Shown here: one piece after another, positions 1-13,503 of the stretch
How the letters are laid out: every line of letters begins with the position of its first letter
Position numbering within the stretch: the stretch's first letter is position 1
Assembly: GCF_006345805.1 (NCBI RefSeq)
Contig: NC_042998.1
Span: 56,420,001 to 56,484,000 of the forward strand
DNA: 64,000 nt
Direction of reading: 5' to 3'
Source: Octopus sinensis
Lineage: Eukaryota
Made by a program: the position numbers and the translations under genes
The notes under the pieces: generated by a model
The model's input: only the letters and a program-made list of their open reading frames with translations
What the model was told of the DNA's origin: nothing
Database searches by the model: none

Positions 1-689
1 GTAACTGGTAATTATTTAATCGACCCCGAAAGGATGAAAGGCAAAGTCGACCTCGGCGGTATTTTGAACTCAGAACGTAGCGGCAGACGAAATACTTATT
101 TCTTTACTATCCACAAGGGGCTAAACAAAGAGAGAACAAACAAGGACAGACAAACGGATTAAGTCGATTATATCGACCCCAGTGCGTAACTGGTACTTAA
201 TTTATCGACTCCGAAAGTATGAAAGGCACAGTTGACCTCGGCGGAATTTGAACTCAGAACGTAGCGGTAGATGAAATAACAATTTCTATTTCTTTACTAC
301 CCACAAGGGGCTAAACAAAGAGAGGACAAACAAGGACAGACAAACGGATTAAGTTGATTATATCGTCCCTAGTGCGTAACTTATTTAATCGACCCCGAAA
401 GGATGAAAGGCAAAGTCGACCTCGGTGGAATTTGAACTCAGAACGTAGCAGCAGACGAAATGCCTATTTCTTTACTATCCACAAGGGGCTAAACAAAGAG
501 AGGACAAACAAGAACAGACAAACGGATTAAATCGATTATATCGACCCCAGTGCGTACCTGGAATCGACCCCGAAAGGATGAACGGCAAAATCGACCTCGG
601 CGGAATTTGAACTCAGAACGTAACGGTAGACGAAATACGGCTACGCATTTCGCCCGGCGTGCTAACGTTTCTGCCAGCTCGCCGCCTTA
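1..689 (-). mobile_element. tRNA-derived SINE with ~3.7 tandem copies of a ~185-bp internal unit (family A), cut by window start
   Basis: The unit start GTAACTGGTA (or a variant) recurs at about 1, 186, 376 and 554. Read on - strand there is a B-box-like GAGTTCAAATTCC in each unit. A single A-box head (AAGGCGGCGAGCTGGCAGAAACGTTAGC) ends at ~689. Confidence 0.8.
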
Positions 690-1170
690 AAGCGATATTT
701 TCTATTATTATTTGGTTTATACGTTGCTACATTTGAATAAATATTTAATTGGGCAATCTCTTCTGTCAAGTGTTGCTCCAAGCGCTTTGTGAAAAGCAAC
801 TGTTTTTCGGGTTGCTGGATAATTACAATCTGGAAGACCTAATATCGTTATAATAGCGAACATTGTTAATTTCTAATTGAACAAGTTTATTAACTAATTA
901 ATATAATGTAGTTAAGTTACAGTGCATCGTTAAAAACGGTCTTACATTAGTCAATGACTAGCAAGCTCGCTTGCTGTGCTACGTTGGAGAAACAAAGAAT
1001 TGCATGAACACAATCAATAACTAATCAACGAACTTTATCAAATCTCTCAAATATGAAATGTTATTATACGAAACTTTGTTTTTAACTTCAATTCTTAGTT
1101 ATTTCAAAAAACATGCCAACTTAAAATCACTAACTCTCACTCCCTAAAATTACTAACTTTGTGCCAAAAT

Positions 1171-1431
1171 TTGAAACAATTGCTAATGTTATATTTCGGG
1201 ACGGTCAACTTTTTTTCTTGTCAAATAAACACACGTTCTTCACTTATTATTGGTCTTATTTTATGCCCTTTGTCTGGAAATCTTTCGTCACACACCTGTG
1301 TTCTCTTCAGTGACAAAGGACACAAAATAAGAACAATAATAAACAAGAGAAGAACGAATGTACAAGGCGTTTGTTAATTTGGCAAGGAATAAAAAAACGA
1401 CCGTCCCGAAATATAGCAATATCTGTTTCAA
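1171..1431. repeat. Degenerate palindromic MITE-like element (~100-bp inverted arms)
   Basis: TTGAAACA..ATATTTCGGGACGGTC..GTTCTTC..TTATTATTG..CCTTTGT (1171-1273) is reverse-complementary, with mismatches, to 1313-1431. Confidence 0.55.
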
Positions 1432-2044
1432 TACACGATTCCACATTAGGAATCTTGCAAACCAACTACATAATGAGATTACTATTACTGTTATCATAAT
1501 ACAATTTTACTGTGGCAGTGTTATCATGTAGCTAAGGGTGGTACAGAGGATAACGGGCTGAGCAGTAATTAATTTTGTTGATAAATGACCGAGTTTAAAT
1601 CCCGCCAAGCCAGCTTCGACACAGCATTTTATCCCGCTGTTGGTTTGCAGAGAGTATTTATTACAACACCTCCAACACATCGTGTGTGTGTGTATGTGTA
1701 GGTACGAATTAGGATGCAATAGATATTTATACACGGTCAATGGGGACATCAACTGACCAGGGTACACCAAGACCCATGTAGCATAGTAGGTAGAGAAGAC
1801 AACCAGAATAGGACAAGGTTTTTTTCTTAGTATATAGAATTGCCCGAGCACGTTAGGGGAATAATGGGAAAAGAGTGATGTAAATCACTGGTGCAGGCAT
1901 GGGTATGTCGTTAAGAATTTGACTTCGTTATCAAAAAATTCTAAGTTTTATCGGTTTTGAATTTAAACATAAATATTCTTGATATAAATGTTTAAAACAA
2001 AAATCCTTTCAATCAATACAGGTGAGAAGTTATCATACATTACA

Positions 2045-2046
<2 letters not shown>

Positions 2047-2075
<29 letters not shown>

Positions 2076-2181
2076 TGTATGTATGTATGTATGTATGTAT
2101 GTATGTATGTATGTATGTATGTGTGTATGTGTATGTGTGTATGTATGTATGTATGTATGTCTGTATGTATGTATACATCTA
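2047..2181. repeat. (ATGT)n microsatellite
   Basis: Directly visible; it is the source of the spurious MYVC/YIHT ORFs. Confidence 0.95.
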
Positions 2182-2965
2182 TGTATTTATGGGATGGCCC
2201 AATATAAATCAACCTAGTATTATGGACTAATATTCTGCTTTTTCTATTCTTCGATTATGGAAGATAAATTTGATTTCAAAACGTAGAGACTTATAAATAA
2301 ATACCACAAGTCATTTTGTCTGGTACCGTTGATTCTGCCAGTCCGTCTGTAGAAGACCTATTCTCAATAAATTTCTCTATAATTGTTTGAAAACTGTGTT
2401 AGAACAATTAATTGGTAAATGCCAAACCTACAATGTTAAAGATCATATTACATTGTGTGTATGTGTGTTTCATCTCTGCTAGGTATATCTATTGTCTTAT
2501 AATAATGCTTATTTGCCGTGACATTTACGAGAGTGTGATCTTAAGAACGTGAGAGACAGTCGTCTAATCTGTAAATGATAGCAGGGAAATTCAAGACAAA
2601 TCTTGGTCTGACCCTAAAACATTGTGCTCTCTATCTACTTATGGGATTAAGATTATAAATAAAAACTATCATGCTTCGTGAATCACTCGGGATATTTCTT
2701 ATTTAAAACGGTGTTCATTATGAATATGGCATCAAAAAAGAAAGAAAAACACAACAGGATCACTCTTGTCTATATCAGCTCTACAGGTTAGTAAATCAGT
2801 ATAATATCAAGACATTTTAGAGCGATATAAAATTGCACTGGCATTAGTTTTCCATTAAATTTAAGAGATGTTGATGAGAAGAGAACTGGTCCAATCTAAT
2901 CGATAGTAAAATTGAGCAACTTGATTTTCTCGAAGATATATCATCAGTATAGAATACATACAAGT

Positions 2966-3075
2966 TATATACACAAGATATGTACTTAAAGATGTATACT
3001 TATATACACAAGATGTATACTTGTAGATGTATACTTATATATTCAAGATATGTACTTATAGATACATACACAAGA
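2966..3075. repeat. 35-bp minisatellite, ~3 copies
   Basis: TATATACACAAGATATGTACTTAAAGATGTATACT at 2966, a variant at 3001 and a partial copy at 3036. Confidence 0.75.
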
Positions 3076-3312
3076 TACATAATTATGATTTAATAGTGAA
3101 TTATTAATAGGCCTCAGGTGGCAATGAGACAACAAACGGTTGCATATTTTATGTCCTTAACGAGTGGAAATATTCTCGTCACTTATATGCAGAAAATGGA
3201 CATGGAAAGAATAATAGGAATAATAGTAGTCGTTGGTTCAGTATTAGTATTAATAGTAGTTTAGCACTTCTCTCTCTCTCCCTCCCTATCTCTCTCTCCC
3301 TCTCTTTCTCTC

Positions 3313-3406
3313 TCTTGGTATCTCGTTGAGAGAGCACATAAATAGCAACATCATCAGAAAGAAGTCCGGCGTGAGAGATGTCATCGCAGAGTATACTCGC
3401 AGCAAG
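3313..3406 (+). mobile_element. RTE-like LINE ORF2 C-terminal fragment, truncated by assembly gap
   Basis: Translates LGISLREHINSNIIRKKSGVRDVIAEYTRSK, matching the RTE-clade tail pattern LGISLRDHIRNEEIR...V.DVI...K(W.WAGH). Confidence 0.5.
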
Positions 3407-3506
3407 NNNNNNNNNNNNNNNNNNNNNNNNNNNNNNNNNNNNNNNNNNNNNNNNNNNNNNNNNNNNNNNNNNNNNNNNNNNNNNNNNNNNNNNNNNNNNN
3501 NNNNNN
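3407..3506. other. Assembly gap (100 N)
   Basis: Run of exactly 100 N. Confidence 1.
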
Positions 3507-3592
3507 ATATATATACATACATACTACATACATACATACATGCATACATACATACATACATACATACATACATACATACATACATACATACA

Positions 3593-3624
<32 letters not shown>

Positions 3625-3634
3625 CACGCACACA

Positions 3635-4065
3635 GGATAGCTCTGTGATTAAGAAGCCTGTTTCGCAACCGCGTGGTCTAAGGTTCAGTCACGCTGCTTT
3701 CTGCAGGTTGAGTGTCTTCTGCTATAACACCCGGTCGGCCAATGCTTTGTGAGTGAGTTCGGTAAACGGAAATACTGCGCAAGCGCATTATATATACATA
3801 CATACATATATATATATATTATATATATATATAATATATATATATATATACTCTCGTGTGTATTCGTGTGCGTGAATAGATGTGTGTGTGAACGTAGCTT
3901 TTTGTTTGTCCCCACATCACTTGACGACAACAGAGGTCGATAGAATTAGTACCGAACGTAAAAACACTATGTACTGAGTCGATTTAATCGGCTAATTCCT
4001 TCAAGTCGGTACCCTACATCATCGCCGAAGTCCAATGAGTGAAATAAATAATAAAAGAGTAAAAC
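3635..4065 (+). mobile_element. tRNA-derived SINE family B with internal (TA)/(TG) microsatellite, diverged copy
   Basis: Same architecture as 8665-9077, 16245-16680, 30515-30876, 32505-32960 and 46530-46988: a GGTTCAGTC head, TTGTGAGTG..GGTAGACGGAAACT, a microsatellite and GACAACCGA. Confidence 0.65.
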
Positions 4066-4399
4066 AAGATATATGTATTGAAACATTTTTGACCATAGAT
4101 TTGCTCGATGAGACCTGACTTAGAACAAAACGTGGCGTACAATACCTATGCCTCTACTTAAATCGACTTCCTAAATTCAGAACATGCTTCATAAAAACAC
4201 GAAATCGGTTCTGAGCAAGCCGAGTTCTTAACCCGGGTTCAGTTGTTTGTCATAAGCATTATTTCCCATCCATCATATGCAACCTTCAAGAAGATATAGG
4301 TTGGCATGAACGGCACTAGTTTGTCCTTCATTTTGTAAATCTGATTCTTTGTAACTCTGTTCATGACAGAGTTACATAAACTGGTGGGCAATATGTTTA

Positions 4400-4970
4400 A
4401 CGTTAGCGCGCCGGGCGAAATGCTTAGCAGTATTTCGTCTGCCGCTACGTTCTGAGTTCAAATTCCGCCGAGGTCGACTTTGCCTTTCATCCTTTCGGGG
4501 TCGATAAATTAAGGACCAGTTACGCACTGGGGTCGATATAATCGACTTAATCCGTTTGTCTGTCCTTGTTTGTCCTCTCTGTGTTTAACTCCTTGTGGGT
4601 AGTAAAGAAATGGGTATTTCGTTCGTCTGTCTTTACGTTCTGAGTTCAAATTCCGCCGAGGTCAACTTTGCCTTTCATACTTTCGGGGTCGATAAATTAA
4701 GGACCAGTTACGCACTGGGGTCGATATAATCGACTTAATCCGTTTGTCTGTCCTTGTTTGTCCTCTCTGTGTTTAGCTCCTTGTGGGTAGTAAAGAAATG
4801 GGTATTTCGTTCGTCTGGCTTTACGTTCTGAGTTCAAATTCCGCCGAGGTCGACTTTGCCTTTCATACTTTCGGGTTCTATAAATTAAGTACCAGTTGCG
4901 TATTGGGATCGATCTAATCGGCTGGCCTCCTCCCCAAAAATTTCGGGCCTTGTGCCTAGAGTAGAAAAGA
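4400..4970 (+). mobile_element. Family A SINE multimer (partial head + ~2.5 internal units + tail)
   Basis: Repeated TTCTGAGTTCAAATTCCGCCGAGGTC at ~4450, 4638 and 4826; ends in tail ..GGGCCTTGTGCCTAGAGTAGAAAAGA. Confidence 0.8.
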
Positions 4971-7103
4971 GTTACATAAATTGAATTCGAGTGATCTAAA
5001 TATTGAATTTGAGCGATCTATGAATTTTTGAAAAGTTAGAATACGTGCCCAATGTTTTTCTGAATATCTTTTACATTGCTAAAAATTAAAAATATTAGAT
5101 ATGCTTTATCTTTTATTTTATTATCCCTATAATTAATATTTGGTTATGAAATCAACAAATGCACGCTTGTTTACAAGTAACATTTAAACATCGATACCGA
5201 TTTTTTTAATCTTTGTTGCACCGATATTAAAAACATTGACATCTTTTTAACAAATAATTTTATATTATTCTGATATTATTAGGTTTTGTTGTGAGTCGAC
5301 AAGTTTTCTTTGTTTCTTTTTTAATATTGAAAAAATTTAATCAAGTACAAATCGATTGTTTTTGCTTCCGAATAGTTTTAGATATTTAATCTTATTAATC
5401 TCATTCGTACACACACACACACACACACAACACACACACACACACATGGATACACACGCACGAATGCATACATACATGCATGTGTGTGTGTGTGTGTGTT
5501 CTATACTTTGGATAAAATCTAAATGCTAACTCGGTTAATTTTCTCCGCAGCACACGTATGCGCAAACCTAGTGCTTGTCTCTTTTGCATTAGGCTGATGA
5601 AATATAAAATCATTGCTGTATAAAACTCTCATCTCTTGCAGATGCAGTTTTCTCAGAGATGTTAACTCCACAGATCAACAAGGCTCTGAGGTTAAGAAGT
5701 TTGCTTCACAGCTCCGTCATTTCGTGGTGAAACTTACTGTGCGACACTTTGGGAAAGAGATTTCTCCTTCAGCTTTTGTTGGTCCAAAGTCGTGTGAGTG
5801 AAATTTGGTCGATAGAAACTATATTGAAGCTGAGCGGAAGGATCTTTCCTGTTTTTGCACAGTAGATTGAATCCATCTCCTGGTTTACCACCGTTACTGT
5901 CTGACCTTTGGGCCTCTTCAAGGAATCTATTCTGCTGCAATCATTCGAACCAAGTTTCCGGTCTAAAGAACCCTTCTTCCTTTCGTCCTATCAACTTGTT
6001 TGTGACCTGAAAAAATTATACACGCTTCCTTTAAAAAGGGTTGTTTTTTTTTTATTAAACACACTTTGTGTTTTTTTAATTATGGTGAAGAATTATGTCA
6101 TATGTGGTCCCTTCGAACTGAACTGTCGAGAATTCAGTATCTTGATTATGGACACAATACAACGGTGATTTCATGTACGAACTGATAAACCTCGGCTACA
6201 ATGTCGATTCGGTCATCTACGCTAACTAAAGATGAAACGGTTAAATGGATGAGGTATGAGACCACCAGCTCACCGATCGTATGTTTAAACTTACTACATA
6301 CATGTCGTTGTATTCCAGAGAAAATACTGCAGGATATTCAACTAGCTGACAGGAATAGGAACTAAAACCTCTTGGAAAATTATGTGACGGAGCAGACTAA
6401 CTCGAAGGAGATTGGTCGCTCATACTATTAATGATACAGATACTTTCTCTGGGGAATTATTTGGTTGTTACAAAAAATAAAATATATAAATTAAGAAATA
6501 AACTTTCTTTGTCTTCGATATACTCCGAAACTTGGTAGGGTGAAGAAAGCAATTTACTAAATTCATTTTATTAAGTTGTTCGATACCCTACCATCACCAA
6601 CAGCAAAAATTTTTTAAAGTAGGATAATCAGAGAAAATCGAATGCTATGTTCTATTTGGAATATTTCATAAGCTGTAGTCTAATAATTTTTTGGGTAAAA
6701 TATAGCCAAATTGTTGTATATTCTTTGATGAAAGAATATATGTGACAAGTGGCATTGATGACTCAGATCACTTCTAATATTTATAACAAAGCATCTTACA
6801 AAAAGTGTGATTTATCTTTTATTAGTTGCTTCAGATGCTGACTGTATAGAAAGCTACAGGAATAAATTCTAAGTGCGAATTTGAATTATCTTTCCTTTTC
6901 TCTAAAGATTTCTTTATAGTTCCTTCTTCCGCCGGAGAAATAACGCTCACCTTCTTTGGAATATTTTATCGCAGTAGAAAAGACGCCATTATTGTGTATA
7001 GTTGGCCATTATATTCAACGTTTCTTTCACAAGATTGATCAGTAGAAAGATATGATATCAAGAAATTCAAAACAAATACTGTAGCTAATTCCTACGAATT
7101 AAA

Positions 7104-7157
7104 ATGACGACGTCAAACAAGGGGATTCCCTATTGGGGGATATTTACAAGATCTAGA
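7104..7157 (+). CDS. Candidate first coding exon of the CNG channel gene (MTTSNKGIPYWGIFTRSR)
   Basis: AAAATG context, in-frame TAA at 7086-7088, and a consensus donor GTAAGT at 7158 in phase 0, compatible with the candidate exon at 15881. No homology support. Confidence 0.35.
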
Positions 7158-8206
7158 GTAAGTAGCATTTTATTTATGCGTATCTATTTATCTTTTATAT
7201 CAACATTTTTTTACTTATTTATTAATCTATCTTTGAACATTAGATATTGTGATATTCTTGTCATAAGTGAAGATTGAATATTGCGTCAATCATCCATATA
7301 TTTATGGAAAGAAGATTTTGTTTCTTTTCTATGCTGTGGCTCCAACTACAACGTATCTTGTCACAGCGATCTTGTCATCCTGGAGTATCTAGATTTAATA
7401 TCTTCGAACTCAAGCGTGGGTTGGGAATTCCTGATAAAAATTACTACCAATGTTATTGATTTTATTCTTCTTATCATTAATTTTTAATGAACAAAATGAG
7501 TTCATGAGAAATTTCCTCGACATTTGTTCCGGAAGGCTTCAGTTTGACATCTTGTTCCCGAAGGGATACCTTGGTTAATGAGTTTATTGTTTGTTGAATA
7601 TTATATTTTAATGAATTATACGGGATTCGTATAATGTATTATTTTACAGCACCATGTATGGGGTTAGTACTACTTTCCTACGATTTTCGATAAGTAATAA
7701 GGATTTCTAAACTTATTCGTGATATAACATTTCTGAGTTCAAATCTACCTTTTCCATCTAACAGTATTTTCCAAATTTTATAAGCCAAGAAAAATTAGAA
7801 TTGGTTTCCAAGCGGCGAAATGGCAGAATCGTTAGCACGCCGGGGAAAATTACCTCGCGGCATCTCATCCGTCCACACGTCCTCACTTCAAATTCCGCCG
7901 AGGTCGATTTTGCCTTTAATCGTTTTGGGGCCGATAAAATAAGTGGCAGTTGAACACTGGGAGCGATGTAATCGACTCATCCCCTACCCAGAGATAGCTG
8001 GTTTTATGTCAAAATTTGAAATCAACATTGGTTTCAAATTTTCAATTTCGGGGAAGGATGTGTCGATTACCACTTATTTATTGACTTCGTAAGATATAAA
8101 GGAAGGAAAAGTCGGCCTCAGTGGAATTTAAACTCAGAACAACAGACGAACGAAATCTCGTTGAGAATATTACGTGGCGTGCTAACGATTCTTATTTCTT
8201 TATTGC

Positions 8207-8532
8207 GTGCTAACGTTTGTGCCAGCTCGCCGCCTTAAGGAATCACCTCTAATAATGTAAACGTTATCTATTTCTTTACTACCCACAAGGGGCTAAACAC
8301 AGAGGGGACAAACAAGGACAGACAAACGGATTAAGTCGTTATATCGCCCCCAGTGCGCAACTGGTACTTATTCAATCGACCCCGAAAGGTTGAAAGGCAA
8401 AGTCGACCTCGGTGGAATTTGAACTCAGAATGTAACGGCAAGCGAAATACGGCTACGCATTTCACCCGGCGTGCTAACGTTTCTGCCAGCTCGCCGCCTT
8501 AAGGAATCACCTCTAATAATGTAAACGTTATC
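8207..8532 (-). mobile_element. Family A SINE copy within a local ~264-bp tandem duplication
   Basis: A 62-bp stretch (SINE head plus flank AAGGAATCACCTCTAATAATGTAAACGTTATC) occurs at 8207-8268 and 8471-8532. Confidence 0.7.
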
Positions 8533-8664
8533 GATGCCACATACTTAATGCATGCGCCTTGTTTAAACACTTTTCGTCTGCAATACGTCGCCCTGGGAAA
8601 CGTCGTAGAGTATCGAAAATCACAATATACCAGGTGAAACGAATCGCCCAGAAGGTAAATGACA

Positions 8665-9077
8665 ACTCTTTTACTCTTTTACTTGTTTCAGTCATTTGAC
8701 TGCGGCCATGCTGGAGCACCGCCTTTACTCGAGCAAATCGACCCCGGGACTTATTATTTGTAAGCCCAGTACTTATTCTATCGGTCTCTTTTGCCGAACC
8801 GCTAAGTGACGGGGACGTAAACACACCAGCATCGGTTGTCAAGCAATGCTAGGGGGACAAACACAGACACACAAACATATACACACACACTTATATATAT
8901 ATATACATATATACGACAGGCTTCTTTCAGTTTCCGTCTACCAAATCCACTCACAAGGCATTGGTCGGCCCGGGGCTATAGCAGAAGACACTTGCCCAAG
9001 ATGCCACGCAGTGGGACTGAACCCGGAACCATGTGGTTGGTTAGCAAGCTACTTACCACACAGCCACTCCTGCGCCT
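8665..9077 (-). mobile_element. Family B SINE, full length
   Basis: Tail CTTTTACTCTTTTACTTGTTTCAGTC through head ..CACACAGCCACTCCTGCGCCT, with an internal (CA)/(TA) tract. Confidence 0.8.
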
Positions 9078-9104
9078 GTGGATATCAACTGTGGATATCA
9101 ATAT

Positions 9105-9720
9105 TTCGAAATACCTATTTCTTTACTACCCACAAAGGGGCTAAACACAGAGAGGACAAACAAAGACAGACGAACGGATTAAGTCGATTATATCGACCTC
9201 AGTGCGTAACTGGTACTTATTCAATCGACCCCGAAAGGATGAAAGGCTAAGTCGACCTCGGCGGAATTTGAACTCACAACGTAACGACAGACGAAATACG
9301 GCTACGCATTTCACCCGGCGTGCTAACGTTTCTGCCAGCTCGCCGCCTTTTTATTTCGAAATATTTTATTTCGAAATATTTTATTTCGAAATACCTATTT
9401 CTATTTCTTTATTACCCACAAGGGGCTAAACACAGAGGGGACAAACAAGGACAGACATAGGTATTAAGTCGATTACATCGACCCCAGTGCGTAACTGGTA
9501 CTTAATTTATCGACCCCGAAAGGATGAAAGGTTAAGTCGACCTCGGCGGAATTTGAACTCACAACGTAACAACAGACAAAATACGGCTACGCATTTCGCC
9601 CGGCGTGCTAACGTTTCTGCCAGCTCGCCGCCTTTTTATTTCGAAATATTTTATTTCGAAATACCGTTAAGCATTTTGCCCGGTGCGGTACGATTCTGCC
9701 ATCTCGCCGCCTTAATAGAA
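9105..9720 (-). mobile_element. Two chained family A SINE copies with (TTTTATTTCGAAATA)n junction repeats
   Basis: Near-identical blocks 9105-9348 and 9390-9633, each followed by 2-3 copies of the 15-mer. Confidence 0.75.
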
Positions 9721-9824
9721 ATTAATATCAATTTATCAGGGGTATAAGAAACACAACCGGTAGAGCGTTGGTTGAAATACCATACAATTTCATCCTAATT
9801 TCACTCACAAAGTATTTATATATA

Positions 9825-10330
9825 TCTATATATATAAAACTCTAGTTGTGTGAGTGTCTGTCCCCTTCGATTTAGATTCCTAACTCCTCCCACATTTTGC
9901 GGTGCAGTTTAACCAAATTCGGGTATCTTATAGTCGTGATTCATATCGAGCCCGTCTGACTATTAGCGCGCGTCAACGATGAGTCTACGATTTTAAAAAT
10001 AATTTAACATCATTTTTTATTTCATTTTAATGCATAAAATGCATCGTATGTCGATGGCGGCGGAGTTGGCGTCCACGCTCACAGCTGCACCTGTTTGCTT
10101 CTCCCCCTTCCCTCCCTCGTGAAGCTGTGGGGAAGGGAGTGTAAAGAAATCAACGTCGTAATGCGTTGTGAAGGAAACCAGCGTTCTTTTAGAACAACGA
10201 CTTCATGGCTTGAAGACACCAAAACAAAAATGGCTAAGAAAGCCCGAATTTATAAGGGAAGTAACTCTCTAAAAATGCTTATATAGTTATTTCCCTTACA
10301 AACCCGAGCAACGCCGGGCGATACTGCTAG
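9825..10330 (+). mobile_element. Non-autonomous Helitron-type element
   Basis: 5' A|TCTATATATATAAAA, subterminal hairpin CCCGAGCAACGCCGGG (10303-10318), and 3' CTAG|T. These are canonical Helitron termini and an A/T insertion site with no TSD. Confidence 0.7.
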
Positions 10331-10487
10331 TATATATATATATATATATATATTAATAGTAATGGTAAGACAACAAAAGAATGAAAGAGACCTCGATATT
10401 ATGTAAATAGAGGAATTTATTTGTAATATATGTGACAATTATTTGGAGTTTTATTATGGCAACCGAATAATTGTCACATATTGTATT

Positions 10488-10528
<41 letters not shown>

Positions 10529-10529
<1 letters not shown>

Positions 10530-10780
10530 TAATTTAGAGATGGTAGACCCCTACATCTCACCAAATAAAAAGAATTTTTATTTTAAATACCTACTGTATT
10601 ATTACTTGGTACTTGGCAACACGTGTTTCATGAGGTACATCCTCGGGTTCCTAAACCACTCCGTGGAACCCAAGGATGTACCTCATGAAACACGTGTTGC
10701 CAAGTAATAATACAGTAGGTATTTAAAATTAAAATTCTTTTTATTTGGTGAGATGTAGGAGTCTACCATCTCTAAATTAA
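10529..10780. mobile_element. Palindromic MITE-like element (~115-bp arms, 13-nt loop)
   Basis: TTAATTTAGAGATGG...CATCCTCGGGTTCC is reverse-complementary to GGAACCCAAGGATG...CCATCTCTAAATTAA. The left arm carries an extra TACTTGG. Confidence 0.75.
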
Positions 10781-10852
10781 AATATATTTCTTCATTGAGA
10801 ATAATTTGAACCTCTGTTATGCCGGAATTATTATTCCCTAAAAAATAATATT

Positions 10853-10943
<91 letters not shown>

Positions 10944-10972
10944 ATGTATGTATGTATGTATGTATGTATGTA

Positions 10973-11390
10973 TACGAGCAAAACGCTCCCGTCCAATGGA
11001 CGGTGCTGAGTTGTCAAACATTTAAACCAAATTTTCTCAAAACAACTTGTCCGACCATCTCATGGGCCTCCCCTTTGAGAAACACTGATTTAACCTAAAT
11101 TTGAGACACCAGCAAAAGAAGAAGTAGATAGACTTTTTTTCTATTCCAAAGAAAAACGATTTTATTCGCACAAATATGCAACCGAAGAGTTTAAAGTATC
11201 AGTAAGTACATCGCAACAACTTATGTACTTGCGCGTACAAATGCACGTTCCCACGACTTTATCTATCGCATTCTCACCGGGAATCGATTTTTGTAATTTT
11301 TTCAAGACTTATGCACGCCCTGATACCGCAATCAGATGGAGAATGCTCGAGATCCCAGAAGACACACACACAGAGAAACAGAACGGATTT

Positions 11391-11445
<55 letters not shown>
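10973..11445 (-). mobile_element. Probable second non-autonomous Helitron-type element, degenerate
   Basis: On - strand: 5' TCTATA...TATAAAATCCGTTCTG, hairpin CCGTCC-AAT-GGACGG (10989-11003), and a degenerate terminus (ACGAG for ACTAG at 10974). Confidence 0.4.
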
Positions 11446-11478
<33 letters not shown>

Positions 11479-11586
11479 AGAGGTTTCAAATTTTAGCACA
11501 AGGTCACCGGTTTTAAAGGGGAGGTGGAAGTTTACCCGGCGTGCCAACGGTTCTGGTATATAAGTATGTGTGTATATATAAATACA

Positions 11587-11638
<52 letters not shown>

Positions 11639-11684
11639 ATATATATATATATGCACACATGCATAAATATGCGTGCGTATATAT

Positions 11685-11728
<44 letters not shown>

Positions 11729-11797
11729 ATATAGTATATCTGTGCGTGTGTGCATATGTATATACGCATTCCAAAGTTTGTTCATAATATATGTATG

Positions 11798-11828
<31 letters not shown>

Positions 11829-11829
11829 A

Positions 11830-13503
<1,674 letters not shown>

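Noticed and set aside
2720-2786. Possible CNG first exon (MNMASKKKEKHNR.., donor GTTAGT)
   Set aside because: The phase-1 donor is incompatible with the phase-0 candidate exons and there is no homology; at most a UTR exon.
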